Shown piece after piece: positions 27,191 through 40,274 of a stretch of 64,000 nucleotides of DNA. Position 1 is the stretch's first letter; each line of letters begins with the position of its first letter. This DNA comes from Octopus vulgaris (Eukaryota): the NCBI GenBank assembly GCA_951406725.2, contig OX597840.1, forward strand, positions 37,510,001 through 37,574,000. Direction: 5' to 3'. Below the pieces are notes generated by a model. The model did no database searches, was not told the DNA's origin, and saw only the letters and a list, made by a program, of their open reading frames with translations. A program made the translations under genes and the position numbers.

Positions 27191-27268
27191 CGCATGGCTC
27201 AGTGGTTGGAGCTTCAGGTTTACAATCACGAGATTGTAAGTTCGATTTCCAGACAGGCCGTGTGTTTG
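27187..27268 (+). mobile_element. SINE family C-like tRNA head only
   Basis: GGCGCATGGCTCAGTGGTT..GTAAGTTCGATTTCC (A and B boxes). Confidence 0.6.
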
Positions 27269-27315
27269 TGCGTGTGTAAATATAAGCTTATATGAATATA
27301 AATGGAACTGATAAC

Positions 27316-27368
<53 letters not shown>

Positions 27369-27407
27369 TATACGGATGTGCTGAGGACGATAATTCCAAG
27401 TCCTGAT

Positions 27408-27442
<35 letters not shown>

Positions 27443-28956
27443 TAAACAGATACGAAATATAATAGTGTTGATTTGCGTCAGCACGACTTCTGTTATTTAA
27501 TAAAATCGATGAAGAGTGAACGTACCGATGAGGAGTGGCGAATTCCACGCTTCTAACTGCATCTTTTCTTAAGGAAAATTTGGAAGCAAAGAAATATTAG
27601 TCACAAGAGTTTTACGGAGGGAACGTCCTTGGCCCCAGGTCGCTCACTGCTTTAAACCTACCTTTTATCTTCTCACTCTGTACCACATTTCATTTCATTA
27701 AATATTTTCTTACATCGCGCCTTCCTTTCCCTTCACTCTCGCGTTTGCCTAAATAGGATGGACAGAAACTTCAAACTTTCTGCCTATTTACACTTCACCG
27801 TTCGATGAAATCTAATCAGACCAAAACTTCGAAGTCTCTGTCAAGATTTCTCTTAGAATAGCACAAACACACACACACAAACATACACGTATATATATTT
27901 GTTGTCATAATGTTTACGGTTATTGGAGTGAAGACATGTTAGGTTTTGGGGTATGATATCGCTTCGATATTTATTTGACAAACCACTAGATTTCAAAAGA
28001 GTAATTCTAAACAGCATCAAGTGAAATTCTGTCATGTTTGATGTCTCTCAGAATATGGTTCTGTTGTAGACATTCCAAATAAGGACGTCAGGTAATGTAC
28101 ATATAAATACACGTAAATATATGTATGTATATATATGCATTTACATATATCTGTGTCTGTGTGTGTGTGGGTGTGCGAGTATGTGTATTCCTTTACGTGT
28201 CTATATGTACATATACATGCAAATATATATATGTATATATATTCATACATGTGCATACATGCCCATGTCTTTCAGTATCGTTTTCACTCATATGGTTTTA
28301 TGTATATACGAATATATTACATGCTACGTATATAGTAATATACCCACCGTCACTTTTTGCAGGCCTACATTTATCTGCTACCAGTCGTGTATTTCGACAT
28401 CAGCTGTCTTTGATCAGATGTATTTAAGCAGTCACCTCATTAGCTTCTCGGGACCTTGTTTACAGTGAGTAACAAGGACCGATTAACTAAATCGGACTTT
28501 CTTTAACGATTTCCGATTCTCATTACGCCAGTTGAACGAATCAATATAATTGGCTAAATTGTCAAATGTGTGGAATAGCATGCTTTGTCTCATTAATCTA
28601 ATCTGACACAGATTACTAATAATGTCATATAAATCTATTGAATTTGGTTGTAATTTTACTTTTACAAACATACACAGAGCCGTATGTAAATTGGCCAACG
28701 TCGCCCACAGTTTTGTCGTCTTACATTCTACAACTAATACTTCTCATAACACATCCCTCAAACCTCAAATGATCTCGTTATGGCTGAGCCCTTTAGCTCT
28801 TATTTTCTACCTGATTCCAACTCCCTCTCTTATTTTGTCGACTGGAATTTTCATAAAACCTCTAGGATCCTCTTTTTGTCGAAATGCGAGAATCCGAAAT
28901 GTCAGGTTTATCTTCATATTGACATCATGAGGATATTTGCTACATCATAAGGATAC

Positions 28957-29381
28957 TTATTTCTTTATTGCTCACAAGAGGCTAAACATAGAGGGGACAA
29001 ACATGGACAGACAAAGGGATTAAGTCGATTACATCGACCCCAGTGCGTAACTGTACTTAAATTTATCGACCCCGAAAGAATGAAATGTAAAGTCGACCTT
29101 GGCGGAATTTGAACTCAGAACGTAACGGCAGGCGAAATACCTATTTCTATTTATTTAATACCCACAAGGGGCTAAATGCAGAGAGGACAAATAAGGACAG
29201 ACAAACAGATTAAGTCGATTATATCGACCCCGGTGCGTAACTGGTACTTATTTAATCGACTCCGAATGGATGAAAGCCAAAGTGGACCTCGGCGGAATTT
29301 GAACTCAGAACGTAGCTGCAGACGAAATACCGCTAAGAATTTCACCCGGCGTGCTAGCGCTTCTGCCATCTCGCTGCGCTT
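28957..29381 (-). mobile_element. SINE family A, tandem dimer with 12-bp flanking direct repeat
   Basis: Two copies joined at ..GAAATA|GGTATTTCG; ATCATAAGGATA at 28944-28955 and 29382-29393. Confidence 0.9.
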
Positions 29382-29469
29382 ATCATAAGGATATTGCATC
29401 ATAAGGATACTGCTATATTTTCTTCTTTATCGATGCCGGAGGAGAGTAATGCAAAATCGTATAGCATTG

Positions 29470-29665
29470 GTCTCAAATTTTGACACAAGGCCAGTAAGTT
29501 CCGACTAAATTGACTAAATCGAATCCAGTGATCAGCGGGTACTTATTTTATCGACCTCTAAAGGCTGAAAGGCAAGGTAGACCTCGACGGAATTTGAGCG
29601 CAGCACGTTTAAACGGTCGAAATGCCGCTAAGTATTTTGAACGGTACGTTAACAATTCTGACGCC
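29470..29665 (-). mobile_element. SINE family A, diverged
   Basis: GGTACTTATTTTATCGACC..GAAAGGCAAGGTAGACCTCGACGGAATTTGAG..GAAATGCCGCTAAG. Confidence 0.7.
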
Positions 29666-30626
29666 TCCTAGTCCTAAAGTCGTATAATAGTAATGGTTTT
29701 TGATATTAGTACAAGACCTGAAAGGCTAAGAGAATGTGTTAGAGCCCTCCTTAGATCTTAGTTTTGGATTTTGTACATGAAACCTGTACTTACCCATGAA
29801 AAACACCATAAAATTCTTTGTAAAGTTCCGGCTGTTTTAAGAATTTACCGACCATATACACTCAATAGACAAATCTACGGTCTACAGTTCCATCTCACAT
29901 TCTGGCGGACGATGAAGCCTTTTCGTTTTGTTTCTACATATTTGATAGGAAACGGGAAGGGAAACGAAATACAGATCCAAACGTACCTGACATTCTTCTG
30001 AGACTTGCAAACCGCCAAAGGTTCACATGTTAGATTCATCCATTTTTATGTTTTCTGGTATTGAATACCAAGAAAGAATATTTTTTTTAAGAATAGGATT
30101 TAAGGTCCTAATTTAAGGATTCATGTGTTTAGGGACTCTCAGTCGTTGATGCCCCTTTTTATTAAAATTAATATATCCCAAATTATGACAATATAATCTT
30201 TTATGGTTATTAACATAATTTACAGCCATATTGTTTAAGGAAGCGATGAATTCTGGAGAAATGGTCAAATCCATGGGCTTCGTGTATTTATGTTGTATCC
30301 CATTGTTGTCAATGGTTCAAACATACAAACATGCCCACTTATCTGCATATACCAAAGCGCACACACAAACACACTCGCACACACACAGATACACACACTC
30401 ATTCACAGAGACGCGCACGTGCGCACACATTTATCTTTTGTCCGTGTTTCCTCGTTTTGCTTATATTCTGGCTCTAGAATAACTCATCATAGCACACGAG
30501 CACACAAAACAATTATTATTATTACTATTATTATTATTATTACTATTATTAGTAGTAGTAGTATTATTAATATACATAGGCTAACAATAAAAATATTGGA
30601 CACAACGTTCGTGGTGATATTAGTAG

Positions 30627-30674
<48 letters not shown>

Positions 30675-31208
30675 TTGTGTGTGCGTTTGTGTGTGTGTGT
30701 TTGTGTGTGTGTGTTTGTGTGTCTATGTGTACTTCGATTAAGAATCAATCGTGCTGTTACGATGTAAGTAAAGATGTCACTGCGGAAGATGGAACTAGCT
30801 GTTGTCACGCAGGTCTTTGGTGGACTGCCAAGAAAACACACACACACACACACTCGTACAAACGTCTATGCTTGTATACAAATTCATATACACGCATACG
30901 TAGACACAAACACATATGTGAACTAATATATATACATATGCATACATACTTATGTTAAACACTATTGTAATAAAAATAATAACAGTAATGGAACAATAAC
31001 ATTCGCTGTACAACGTGCATATAATGCCCATCTCTATATAGGTGCGGTATGTATATTTGCAAAGACATAAATGTGTGCGCGAGTGTATATATATATGTCT
31101 GTGTGTTTGTGTGTGTGCATATGAATATGAGTTCTAATAGATCATATTTGAAATACGTAAAATATATTTTGACATAGGTTTTATGACATATTACGATTTA
31201 TACATACT

Positions 31209-31241
<33 letters not shown>

Positions 31242-31754
31242 TGTGTAGGTATGTATGTATGTATGTATGTATGTATGTATGTATGTGTGTGTGTGTGTGT
31301 GTGTGTGTATGCAGATATGTATAAATCGTAATATAATCGTAAAAACTATATTAAAATATATGTGTATATATATATATATATATATAATTGTCTCCGGAAT
31401 AGTGGTTGTTGAAGCACATCTCATAAAGCTATAAATATTAACAAATGAATATTGGCTTCAGAAACATTTTTTTAGATAGAAAGAACGCATGCGCGGGCCT
31501 TTTATTTTGGCAAATGGTAACAGTCTCGTCTTTGCTTCGTCTCTGGTCAGGATGTTCACCCGAAAAGCCTAGTTGCGACGAAACACAGATGTTTTGATAA
31601 AATCACATACCTCTCTTTTTTACAAAACAATTTGAGTTCCACAAGATATTTGTAATATGTAAAACAGTCTACTATAGTTTGTGGGACTTAGGATTTATAT
31701 ATACTTATATAGATATATACACATACAGAAAAGCACGCATAGACATATCCCTAC

Positions 31755-32172
31755 ATATATTTAAATGTACGCATGTATACACACAGAAACACACATACAT
31801 GTACATATATGTACACGCACATACATACATACACGCACATATATGTGCACACATACATACACGCACATATATGTACACACACACGCACATACACTCACAT
31901 ATATATATATACACACAAACATACATACATACACGCACATATATATATACACACAAACATACATACATATACGCACATATATGTACACACACATACACGC
32001 ACATATATGTACACACACATACACGCACATATATGAACACACACACACCCGCACATATATGTACACACACACACACGCACATTTATGCACACACACACGC
32101 ACATATATGTACACACACACACGCACATATATGTACACACACACACGCACATATGTACACACACACACATAT
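31755..32172. repeat. CA/TA-derived minisatellite (unit ~ACACGCACATATATGTACACACAC)
   Basis: Recurrent ~24-28 bp unit. Confidence 0.9.
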
Positions 32173-32699
32173 AGACAAGAGTGAAATATGTTCACGCGAA
32201 ACATATTTATGAAGAGACATTTGGTTTTCTAAGAAATCGTCGAAAAATACAATTTTTTTTTTCCACGAACCCAAATAAATGCGTCAGCGTCCGTCGTCAC
32301 GCACATTTGTGACAGGCAAGAGACTTTCTGAAGCAACTAATAGCTAATCTATATGCTTTGAAAACGTCGAAGATTCCTTCAGACATATTGGCCTTGTAAG
32401 CACGCTCTTGCAAAAATGGATTTACCATTGCAGTCGTCGTCGCTGCTTTTGTTGTTGTGAATATATCTGCAGGTCAGAACAGATCAAACAGACCCATGAT
32501 AAACGACATCAGAATTTCCACATACTAATAGGTTTTTTTTTTCAGAGAACCCTTGTTTTTTTTCCTTCCTGTTTTTTTTTTTTTTTTTGGTTTTTGCGAA
32601 TTTTGTGTTGCTTCTCTATAGTAGCATGTTCGATCCCAACGTGCCTAACCTTGTGCGAGTGTCTTCTATTAAAATGAACCCGGAAAAATTTAAAACAGA

Positions 32700-32998
32700 G
32701 GGTTACTTACTTGAGAACAAATGTGTTAACATGTGACATTATTGACCGAGGTTACCGTGGTCTTTTCCGTAGGCTTTTCTTTCCACGGATAAACCTCATC
32801 TGCTTCCCCCTTTACACTTTACATCATGACATTTCAGTGATACACGATCCCTATTGATCGTTTTTTCTTTTCTTTTCTTTCCCTTTTACGATCCCTTTTG
32901 ATCGAAAACCCACCCCACTTTTTTCTCCCCAAAAGGAAAAGCTCTACTTTGTAATCTGTCCCGTCTGTGTGCAGCCCTGTGTGGCTAATAAAGAAACA
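32700..32998 (+). mobile_element. probable LINE 3' UTR whose end matches SINE-A tail 1
   Basis: Pyrimidine-rich segment ending TGTCCCGTCTGTGTGCAGCCCTGTGTGGCTAATAAAGAAA, versus SINE-A tail TGTCCCCTCTATGTTTAGCC(C/T)CTTGTG(G/A)GCAATAAAGAAA. Confidence 0.5.
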
Positions 32999-33038
32999 TA
33001 TGAAAGTTTTTATTTCAAGACACTTTTTTATTTTTGCC

Positions 33039-33079
<41 letters not shown>

Positions 33080-33085
33080 ATTATT

Positions 33086-33437
33086 ACTATCAGCTTCTAT
33101 CGCTGCAGATATTCTACTGTTGACTACCATTAAACTAAAGTAACACTCCTTATTTTTCGAGCATCGTCCGGAGTATTCGAGCGCTTCCAAGCAGTGCTGT
33201 TTTCTGCAAGTGCTCTACCCTTATTGCAGCCCCTATTTGTTCCATCTATTTCTCAAGAATTTTACTCACTGTTTCCAGAGCTCCGTTAATTATTGCTACT
33301 ACTACCACAACTCCCAAGCCAACCTGTCATGTCTGTCGACTTTTCTTTCCTCCTTATCGCAGACCTTGTTGTCAGCTGTGCATGCTATATCTCTGATCCC
33401 GCATCGTTTGCTTTCTTTCTCAATTAACACTGCATCT
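33086..33437 (-). mobile_element. R4/Dong-like non-LTR retrotransposon 3' fragment (RLE endonuclease), in (TAA)n
   Basis: Minus translation DAVLIEKESKRCGIRDIACTADNKVCDKEERKVDRHDRLAWEL / VAIINGALETVSKILEK*MEQIGAAIRVEHLQKTALLGSARILRTMLEK* fits the PD-(D/E)xK RLE domain and the LQK..LLG.ARILR terminus. (TTA)n lies on both sides. Confidence 0.85.
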
Positions 33438-33486
33438 TATTATTATTATTATTATTAGCAGCAGCAACAATAGTAGTGGTAGTAGC

Positions 33487-33521
<35 letters not shown>

Positions 33522-33710
33522 ATCGAGCAGAATGCTTAACGACATTTCGTCTGTCTTTGTGTTCTGAGTTCAACTTCCTCCGAGATCGACTTTGTCTTTC
33601 ATCCTTTAGGGGTCGATAAATTAAGTAGTAGCGAAATACTGGGGTCGATATAATCAACTAGTCCCCACCCCAGAAAATTGAGGCCTTGTGCCTCCAGTAG
33701 AAAGGATTAA
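33522..33710 (+). mobile_element. SINE family A (5'-truncated, tail type 2)
   Basis: GAATGCTTAACGACATTTCG..GAGTTCAACTTCC..GGCCTTGTGCCTCCAGTAGAAAGGATT. Confidence 0.8.
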
Positions 33711-33960
33711 TATTATCATTATGTTTGGCTTTTGCTTTGAATTTGTACATGTTGACTCCAACAGTAAACAACAATAGCAACAAAAGGAGAAACTCACATG
33801 AGGCGTTACCCTGAGGTTATTTGATATGCTAAAAAGAGCAACCTAACCTCCTCTTGAAACATAGGAAAACACATTAGGTGAAGCAATCCTAGAGATCCCG
33901 AGTTTGTAAAAGAATATCATAGATTCGATGGTAAGTTTGAGGAAGAAGTATTTGAGTTAA

Positions 33961-34200
33961 AAATACCTATTTCTTTACTACACACAAGGGGGTAAACACA
34001 GGGGGGACAAACAAGGACAGACATAGGTATTAAGTCGATTACATCGACGCCAGTGCGTAACTGGTACTTAATTTATCGACCCCGAAAGGATGAAAGGCAA
34101 AGTCGACCTCGGCGGAATTTGAGCTCACAACGTAACGGCAGACGAAATACCGCTAAGCATTTCGCCTGGCATGCTAACGTTTCTGCCAGGTCACCGTCTT
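33961..34200 (-). mobile_element. SINE family A, full length, tail type 1
   Basis: Close match to the 2825-3273 copies; it ends with the GAAATA|GGTATTT junction. Confidence 0.9.
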
Positions 34201-34754
34201 AAAATTGTGTTAAAAATACCGCCAACAAAAATACTAGCGAAATAATCAACGAAAATATATGAGACATTGGATTATGTATTCCTAGATAGGCAATGCCCGA
34301 GAAGAATATATTACGATCATTATCCAGAGCGGGATTGAGATAATCGATTTTTTGGAACAGGGTTGATGTGTCGATAATCAATAACAGCAATAGTTATGTA
34401 GTTTCTTGTAAGAAATCGAACTTGGATGGGCATCGGCCGGTTGTCCATTACCGTATCCTTCTGGACATCTCTTAAGTAAACATCGCCTGCTTTACAGTTA
34501 TCCACTATTTCTGCTTTCTGCTAACCTATTTACACTTGATTACATTGAATAATGGTATCTGACATCGGACGGAACCAGCAGATGTCCAGAGAAATGCTTT
34601 AGATGATTGAATCGACATATGTCTGACTTCATTTATTGACACCACGATGGCGTCGGTAGGGTTATGAACATGGAGTTAAAGAAATTTGCTTCGTAATTAT
34701 ACGGATCCGGTTTCAAATGGGTGTGATAAACTTGTATTCTTATATTCTCTATTA

Positions 34755-35112
34755 AAGGCGGTGGTGTGGCAGAATCGTGAGAGCGTCGGACGAAATGAGC
34801 TGCGGTATATCTACCGGTCTTTTACGTTTTCAAATTAAAACCCGTCGTCGTGGTCAACTTTGCGTTTCATCTCTCCGTGGCTGCTGAAACAGAATCCATC
34901 CCCATCATATTCTAGCTCTCATCCTAAAACAGATCTGCAAGCGCCAAAATTTGTGACAATTGTTACTGTTATGATTATGGTGAAAGACGTGATGTAATCG
35001 TTAGTGTATCGTATCGTGGTTTCGAGTCTCGGACCCGGTGGTGCATTGTTGGCTTGAGCATAATACTTCATTTCACGTCGCACCAGTCCTCCCAGCTGTA
35101 AATGAGGTACCG
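34755..35112 (+). mobile_element. two degraded SINEs (family A head 34755-34880; family C-like 34985-35112)
   Basis: GGCGGTGGTGTGGCAGAATCG..; the second has CTTGAGCATAATACTTCATTTCACG..CAGCTGTAAATGAGGTACC. Confidence 0.55.
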
Positions 35113-35275
35113 ACTTGCTTCTTGTTTAGTAGATAATATTCTGATCTCTGCCACATGTATGCCATGGAATCCTGATAACTACTCGAAACATTAAAGGAAA
35201 ACAATATCCATTAAAGAAAAATAATATCCATTATTATTATCATTATTATTATTATTATTATAAATGCTAGATAAA

Positions 35276-35850
35276 ACGGTTGCTGGCAGAATCGTTAGAA
35301 TGCTGGGCGAAATGCTTAGTGGTATTTCGTCTGCCGTTACGTTCTGAGTTCAAATTCCTTTTGAGATCGATTAAATAAGTACCAGTTACGTACTGGGGTC
35401 GATATAATCGTCTTAATCCGTTTGTCTGTCCTTGTTTGTCCTGTCATTGTGGGTAGTAAAGATATAGGTATTTCGTCCGCCGCTATGTTCTCTGTTAAAC
35501 TTCCAATGAGATTGAATTTGCCAGTCATCCTTTCGGGGTCGGTAAATTATGTACCAGTCGTGTACTGGAGGTCTATGTGATCGACTGTTCCCCTCCCCAC
35601 AAAAATCCAGGCCTTGTTCCTATAGTAGAAAGGATTATTATTATGAATGCTGGATAAGAGGGTGAGCTGGCAGAATCGTTAGTACGCTGGGAGAAATGCT
35701 TCGTGGTTTTTTTCCCATCTCTGCGTTTTGAGTTCAAATTCCAACGAGGTCATCTTTGGCTTCAGCCTTTCGGGGTCGATAAATTAAGTACCAGTTGAAT
35801 ACGGCGTCGATGTAATCGACTGGCTCCCTTCCCTTGGGCCTAGAGTAGAA
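35276..35850 (+). mobile_element. cluster of SINE family A copies (dimer 35276-35640 plus monomer 35660-35850)
   Basis: Head-body-tail1, GATATA|GGTATTTCG junction, body-tail2, then a second head; flanking repeat TATTAT(A/G)AATGCT(A/G)GATAA. Confidence 0.85.
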
Positions 35851-36354
35851 AAAATGACTTACCCACATCCCACACAATTACTGACCTTGTCCCAAAATTA
35901 TGAAAGCTGGGGCCTTTCAGAGACGAGCAAAACTGAAAGAAAACCAATATTTTATGAGATGCATCATGGAAAGAATTCACTTTCATTGAAGTATTGTTGA
36001 ATGTTCGCCGCAGGTGAGGGCCTCATTAACTGGTTGCGGTAATGAAAGGCTGAGTCTATGCTTATGTAGGTACTCAGCGCAGAACCTTCGTTATGTTTCT
36101 GTGTTCAGGTGTTGTTTAAGTCAAACATCATTCAGCAAATCTTGGTGGAATCCATTCCAGCCATGACATTCTTGTCTTTTCAAATAACAATCACTAATTT
36201 GACTCATACACGTTTCCGTCTTTGAAGACGATGGAATTGTTGTCAATTAAAGGTGATTTTACTTTTGCATCGAGTGTGTGGTGCTACCAAATTCGCTCAG
36301 CAAATCTTCACTTTCAAATAAAAATATTAACCGAGTCACTAATACGTAAGACTA

Positions 36355-36466
36355 TCCTATTATTATTACTATTATTACTATCATTATTATTACTATCATT
36401 ATTATTATTATTGTTATTACTATTATTATTATTATTATTACTATTATTATTATTATTATACTATTA

Positions 36467-36501
<35 letters not shown>

Positions 36502-36786
36502 TATTATATTATTATTATTACTATTATTATTATTATTATTATCATTATTATTATTATCATTATCATTATTATTATTACTATTATTATTATTATTATTACT
36601 ATTATTATTATTATTATTATTATTAACATTATTATTATTATTATTATTATTATTATCATTATTCATTATTATTATTATTATTATTACTATTATTACTATC
36701 ATTATTATTACTATCATTATTATTATTATTGTTATTACTATTATTATTATTATTATTACTATTATTATTATTATTATTACTATTAA

Positions 36787-36851
<65 letters not shown>

Positions 36852-36924
36852 CTATTATTACTATCATTATTATTACTATCATTATTATTAATATTGTTAT
36901 TACTATTATTATTATTATTATTAC

Positions 36925-36974
<50 letters not shown>

Positions 36975-37047
36975 CTATTATTACTATCATTATTATTACT
37001 ATCATTATTATTAATATTGTTATTACTATTATTATTATTATTATTAC

Positions 37048-37091
<44 letters not shown>

Positions 37092-37310
37092 CTATTATTA
37101 TTATTATTATTACTATTATTATTATTACTATTATTATTACTATTATTATTATTGTTATTATTATTACTATTATTATTATTATTATTAATATTAATATTAT
37201 TACTATTATTATTACTATCATTATTATTACTATTATTATTATTATTATTAATATTAATATTATTACTATTATTATTATTATTATTATTACTATTATTCTT
37301 ATTGTTGTTG
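36355..37310. repeat. ~950-bp (TTA)n-derived array with higher-order ~120-bp periodicity
   Basis: TTA with CTA/TCA/TTG variants; the block at ~36840-36960 recurs at ~36963-37083. Confidence 0.9.
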
Positions 37311-37689
37311 TTGTCATTTGAAAACGCTTTTCGCCTACAAAACCGTTTTATATATTGGCTCCAAAGTAGCCCTAGAAACCAAAAAAAAAACATCACGAAA
37401 AGAGCCATACTACTTCTACTACTACTACTACTACTAATAATAATAATAATAAAATGGAAAGAGGAAAACCTACATGCACTAACCCATACACGAAACATTT
37501 TCAATTTCCGTTCCGTGATTTCGCCTTTATAAGTCATGTTTAAAAGAAAAATGGAGCTCTTTTAGCCAGCCCCCCCCCCCACTCTTTTACTTAATAACAT
37601 TATTTAGCTTGAGCAGAAGATGAAGAAAACTGAATGCTCAACGCTACTGGGAGGGGTGTCGAGATGAGTGGGAGGAGGCGGTGTTGCTG

Positions 37690-37723
<34 letters not shown>

Positions 37724-38313
37724 AGCGTGAAAGTGTATTCTTTGAAAGGTGGGTGGCTTCCATTTCATTGGTTTCTGTACAACCATTAACAATAAACTCG
37801 AAAATGCTTCTTTGAAAAACCGTATTTATAGAACTGTACATTCATCGAAATAGCGAAAATGAAAAGAAAGTGAAGAAAAAAAAGATGAAAAAAAAAAGGA
37901 GGGAAAAAGAAATTAAAAACGGTTTGTAAAGGACAGAGCACATCTAAGAAGCGAATTTCGGGATTATATTAGTTTGGTGTTGTTAAAATTTTCTCCGATC
38001 AGCGTTCGAGAATATACAATGCGAAGTATTTTATTAGCAATGCAACACAACTTTCGCCGATTGACAAATGATGTGACGGCTACGCTATATTATTGCCTGA
38101 TCAACGGACTAATGAGTGTGCGATACTACGTGGTCGGCGGTGGGAGCGGTGGGGGAGAAGAAGGATTGTAGATTGTTTTGTGGTTCATGGTTCATGAAGA
38201 ATTGGTGAGAGAGAGAGGAGTTTCATTTAATTATTTGAAAGCAATTTTACCTCACCTATTCACCTGCGAATAAAAGCAAATATGTATATACATACATAAC
38301 ACCTGTATATATA

Positions 38314-38354
<41 letters not shown>

Positions 38355-38893
38355 GTATATATATGTATATACTACACACACACATATATATACATACACA
38401 CACATATATATATACACACACACATATATATATATATACATACACACACACACATATATATATATGCATACACACACACACACATATATATATATACATA
38501 CACACACACACATATATATATATACATACACACATACACACATATATATATACATACACACATGTATATATATATATATATATACACACGCACACACATA
38601 TATATACATACACACGCACACATATATATATACATACACACAAACATATCTTATACATACATACACGCATATGCATATATGTATTTAATTATTTCAAAAC
38701 AACATTAACTCATCCATCGCTTTTCGTGTTAACGCACTTACGTACACACTCTCTGACGAACACGAACCCATACACACACACACACACATATAAGTACATG
38801 CCTATGTATGCATATGTACATATATATATAAGTGTATATATAGTTTTTCAGAGGTGTGTGAAGGATCCTGTGTACACACACACACACACACAG

Positions 38894-38931
<38 letters not shown>

Positions 38932-39597
38932 GTGTGAGTATTTTTTCTGTGTTTGCCTATCCATGTATGTGTGTGCTTGCGTTGTAAACATGGATAGCAA
39001 TACATGTCAAACATAACGTTTTTTTAATATACTTCCTTTTTTCCCCTTCTTTTCAATTTTCCCCAAATCGGTCGAACCATAAAAAAGGGGAAAATATTAC
39101 TTCATTCGTTTTTCCAACTCATAATTATCTCTCTACTCCATCTTGTGAAATATATATTACATTCATTTTCAGTTTCAAAACATAACCAACTCTCTCTAAT
39201 TCTATGCCTTCTGTTTTTGGATCCAAATTTTGCCATAATTGTTTGTTGCAATTGTCATCGTTGTCGACATTGTTGCTGTTGTTGCTAAATTTGTTTCAGG
39301 TTTGTTTCTTGGAATTGCTTAAACAGAAATACCTTGTTTCTTTAATGACTGTTTTTTTGGATCGCTCATGTGACATTTTTTTTTCCAGAAATAGCAAGTA
39401 TTTGCGTCTCTTCTAACCAAACGTTTTCTTTGATGGTGAGAACGCGATGCCAATAAGAACGAGTATTCTTTCGTTTCACGACCTATTTCAGTTACAAAGC
39501 AAAACCTGGTTTTTGAGGAAGTACATTCTTCCATAGTCTCACATTGACCAACGGCTTGTAGCCTTACAAACGAATTTCAGTTATACTTTTTTACCCT

Positions 39598-40010
39598 TTT
39601 ACTTGTTTCAGTCATTTGACTGTGGCCATGCTGGAGCACCGCCTTCAGTCGAGCAAATCGACCCCAGGACCTATTCTTTGTAAGCCTAGTACTTAATCTA
39701 TCGGTCACTTTTGCCGAACCGTTACGGTGACGTAAACACACCAGCATCGGTTGTCAAGCGATGTTGTCGGGACAAACACAGACACACAAACATACACACA
39801 CACGCACACACACACACACATTTATAAATATATAGATATATACGACAGACCCCCACCCCTCAGCCTCTATCCACCAAATCCACTCACAAGGCTTTGGTTG
39901 TCCCGAGGCTATAGTGGAAGACACTTGCCCAAGGTGCCACGCAGTGGGACTGAACCCGAACCATGTGGTTGGTAAGCAAGCTACTTACCACACAGCCACT
40001 CCTACGCCTA
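39598..40010 (-). mobile_element. tRNA-derived SINE family B, near full length
   Basis: Minus head GGCGTAGGAGTGGCTGTGTGGTAAG..GGTTCAGTCCC, central (TG/TA) microsatellite, 3' part ..CAGTCAAATGACTGAAACAAGTAAAA. Confidence 0.9.
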
Positions 40011-40186
40011 TATATAATCTTAGCAAATATTTGTTAGACATCGATGTGTGCATACGAGATTAGCCTTGCAGTCACGTTGTCTCCGGTTCAATTCAACCGC
40101 GCGGCCACTTGGACAAGCGTCTTCTATTATACTTCGAACCGAACAGTGCATTAGGAGTAGATTTTGTAGATGAAAACTGTAAGGAA

Positions 40187-40247
<61 letters not shown>

Positions 40248-40274
40248 GTATGTATGTATGTATGCATGTATGTA

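Noticed and set aside
27368-27540. GTGCTGAGGA..TCAGCAC and CCGATGAGGAGTGG..CCAC as further hammerheads
   Set aside because: There is no correctly placed GAAA, stem III and NUH.
36222-37537. Longest ORFs (267-321 aa poly-I/N/L)
   Set aside because: They come from the (TTA)n array and are open in several frames on both strands.
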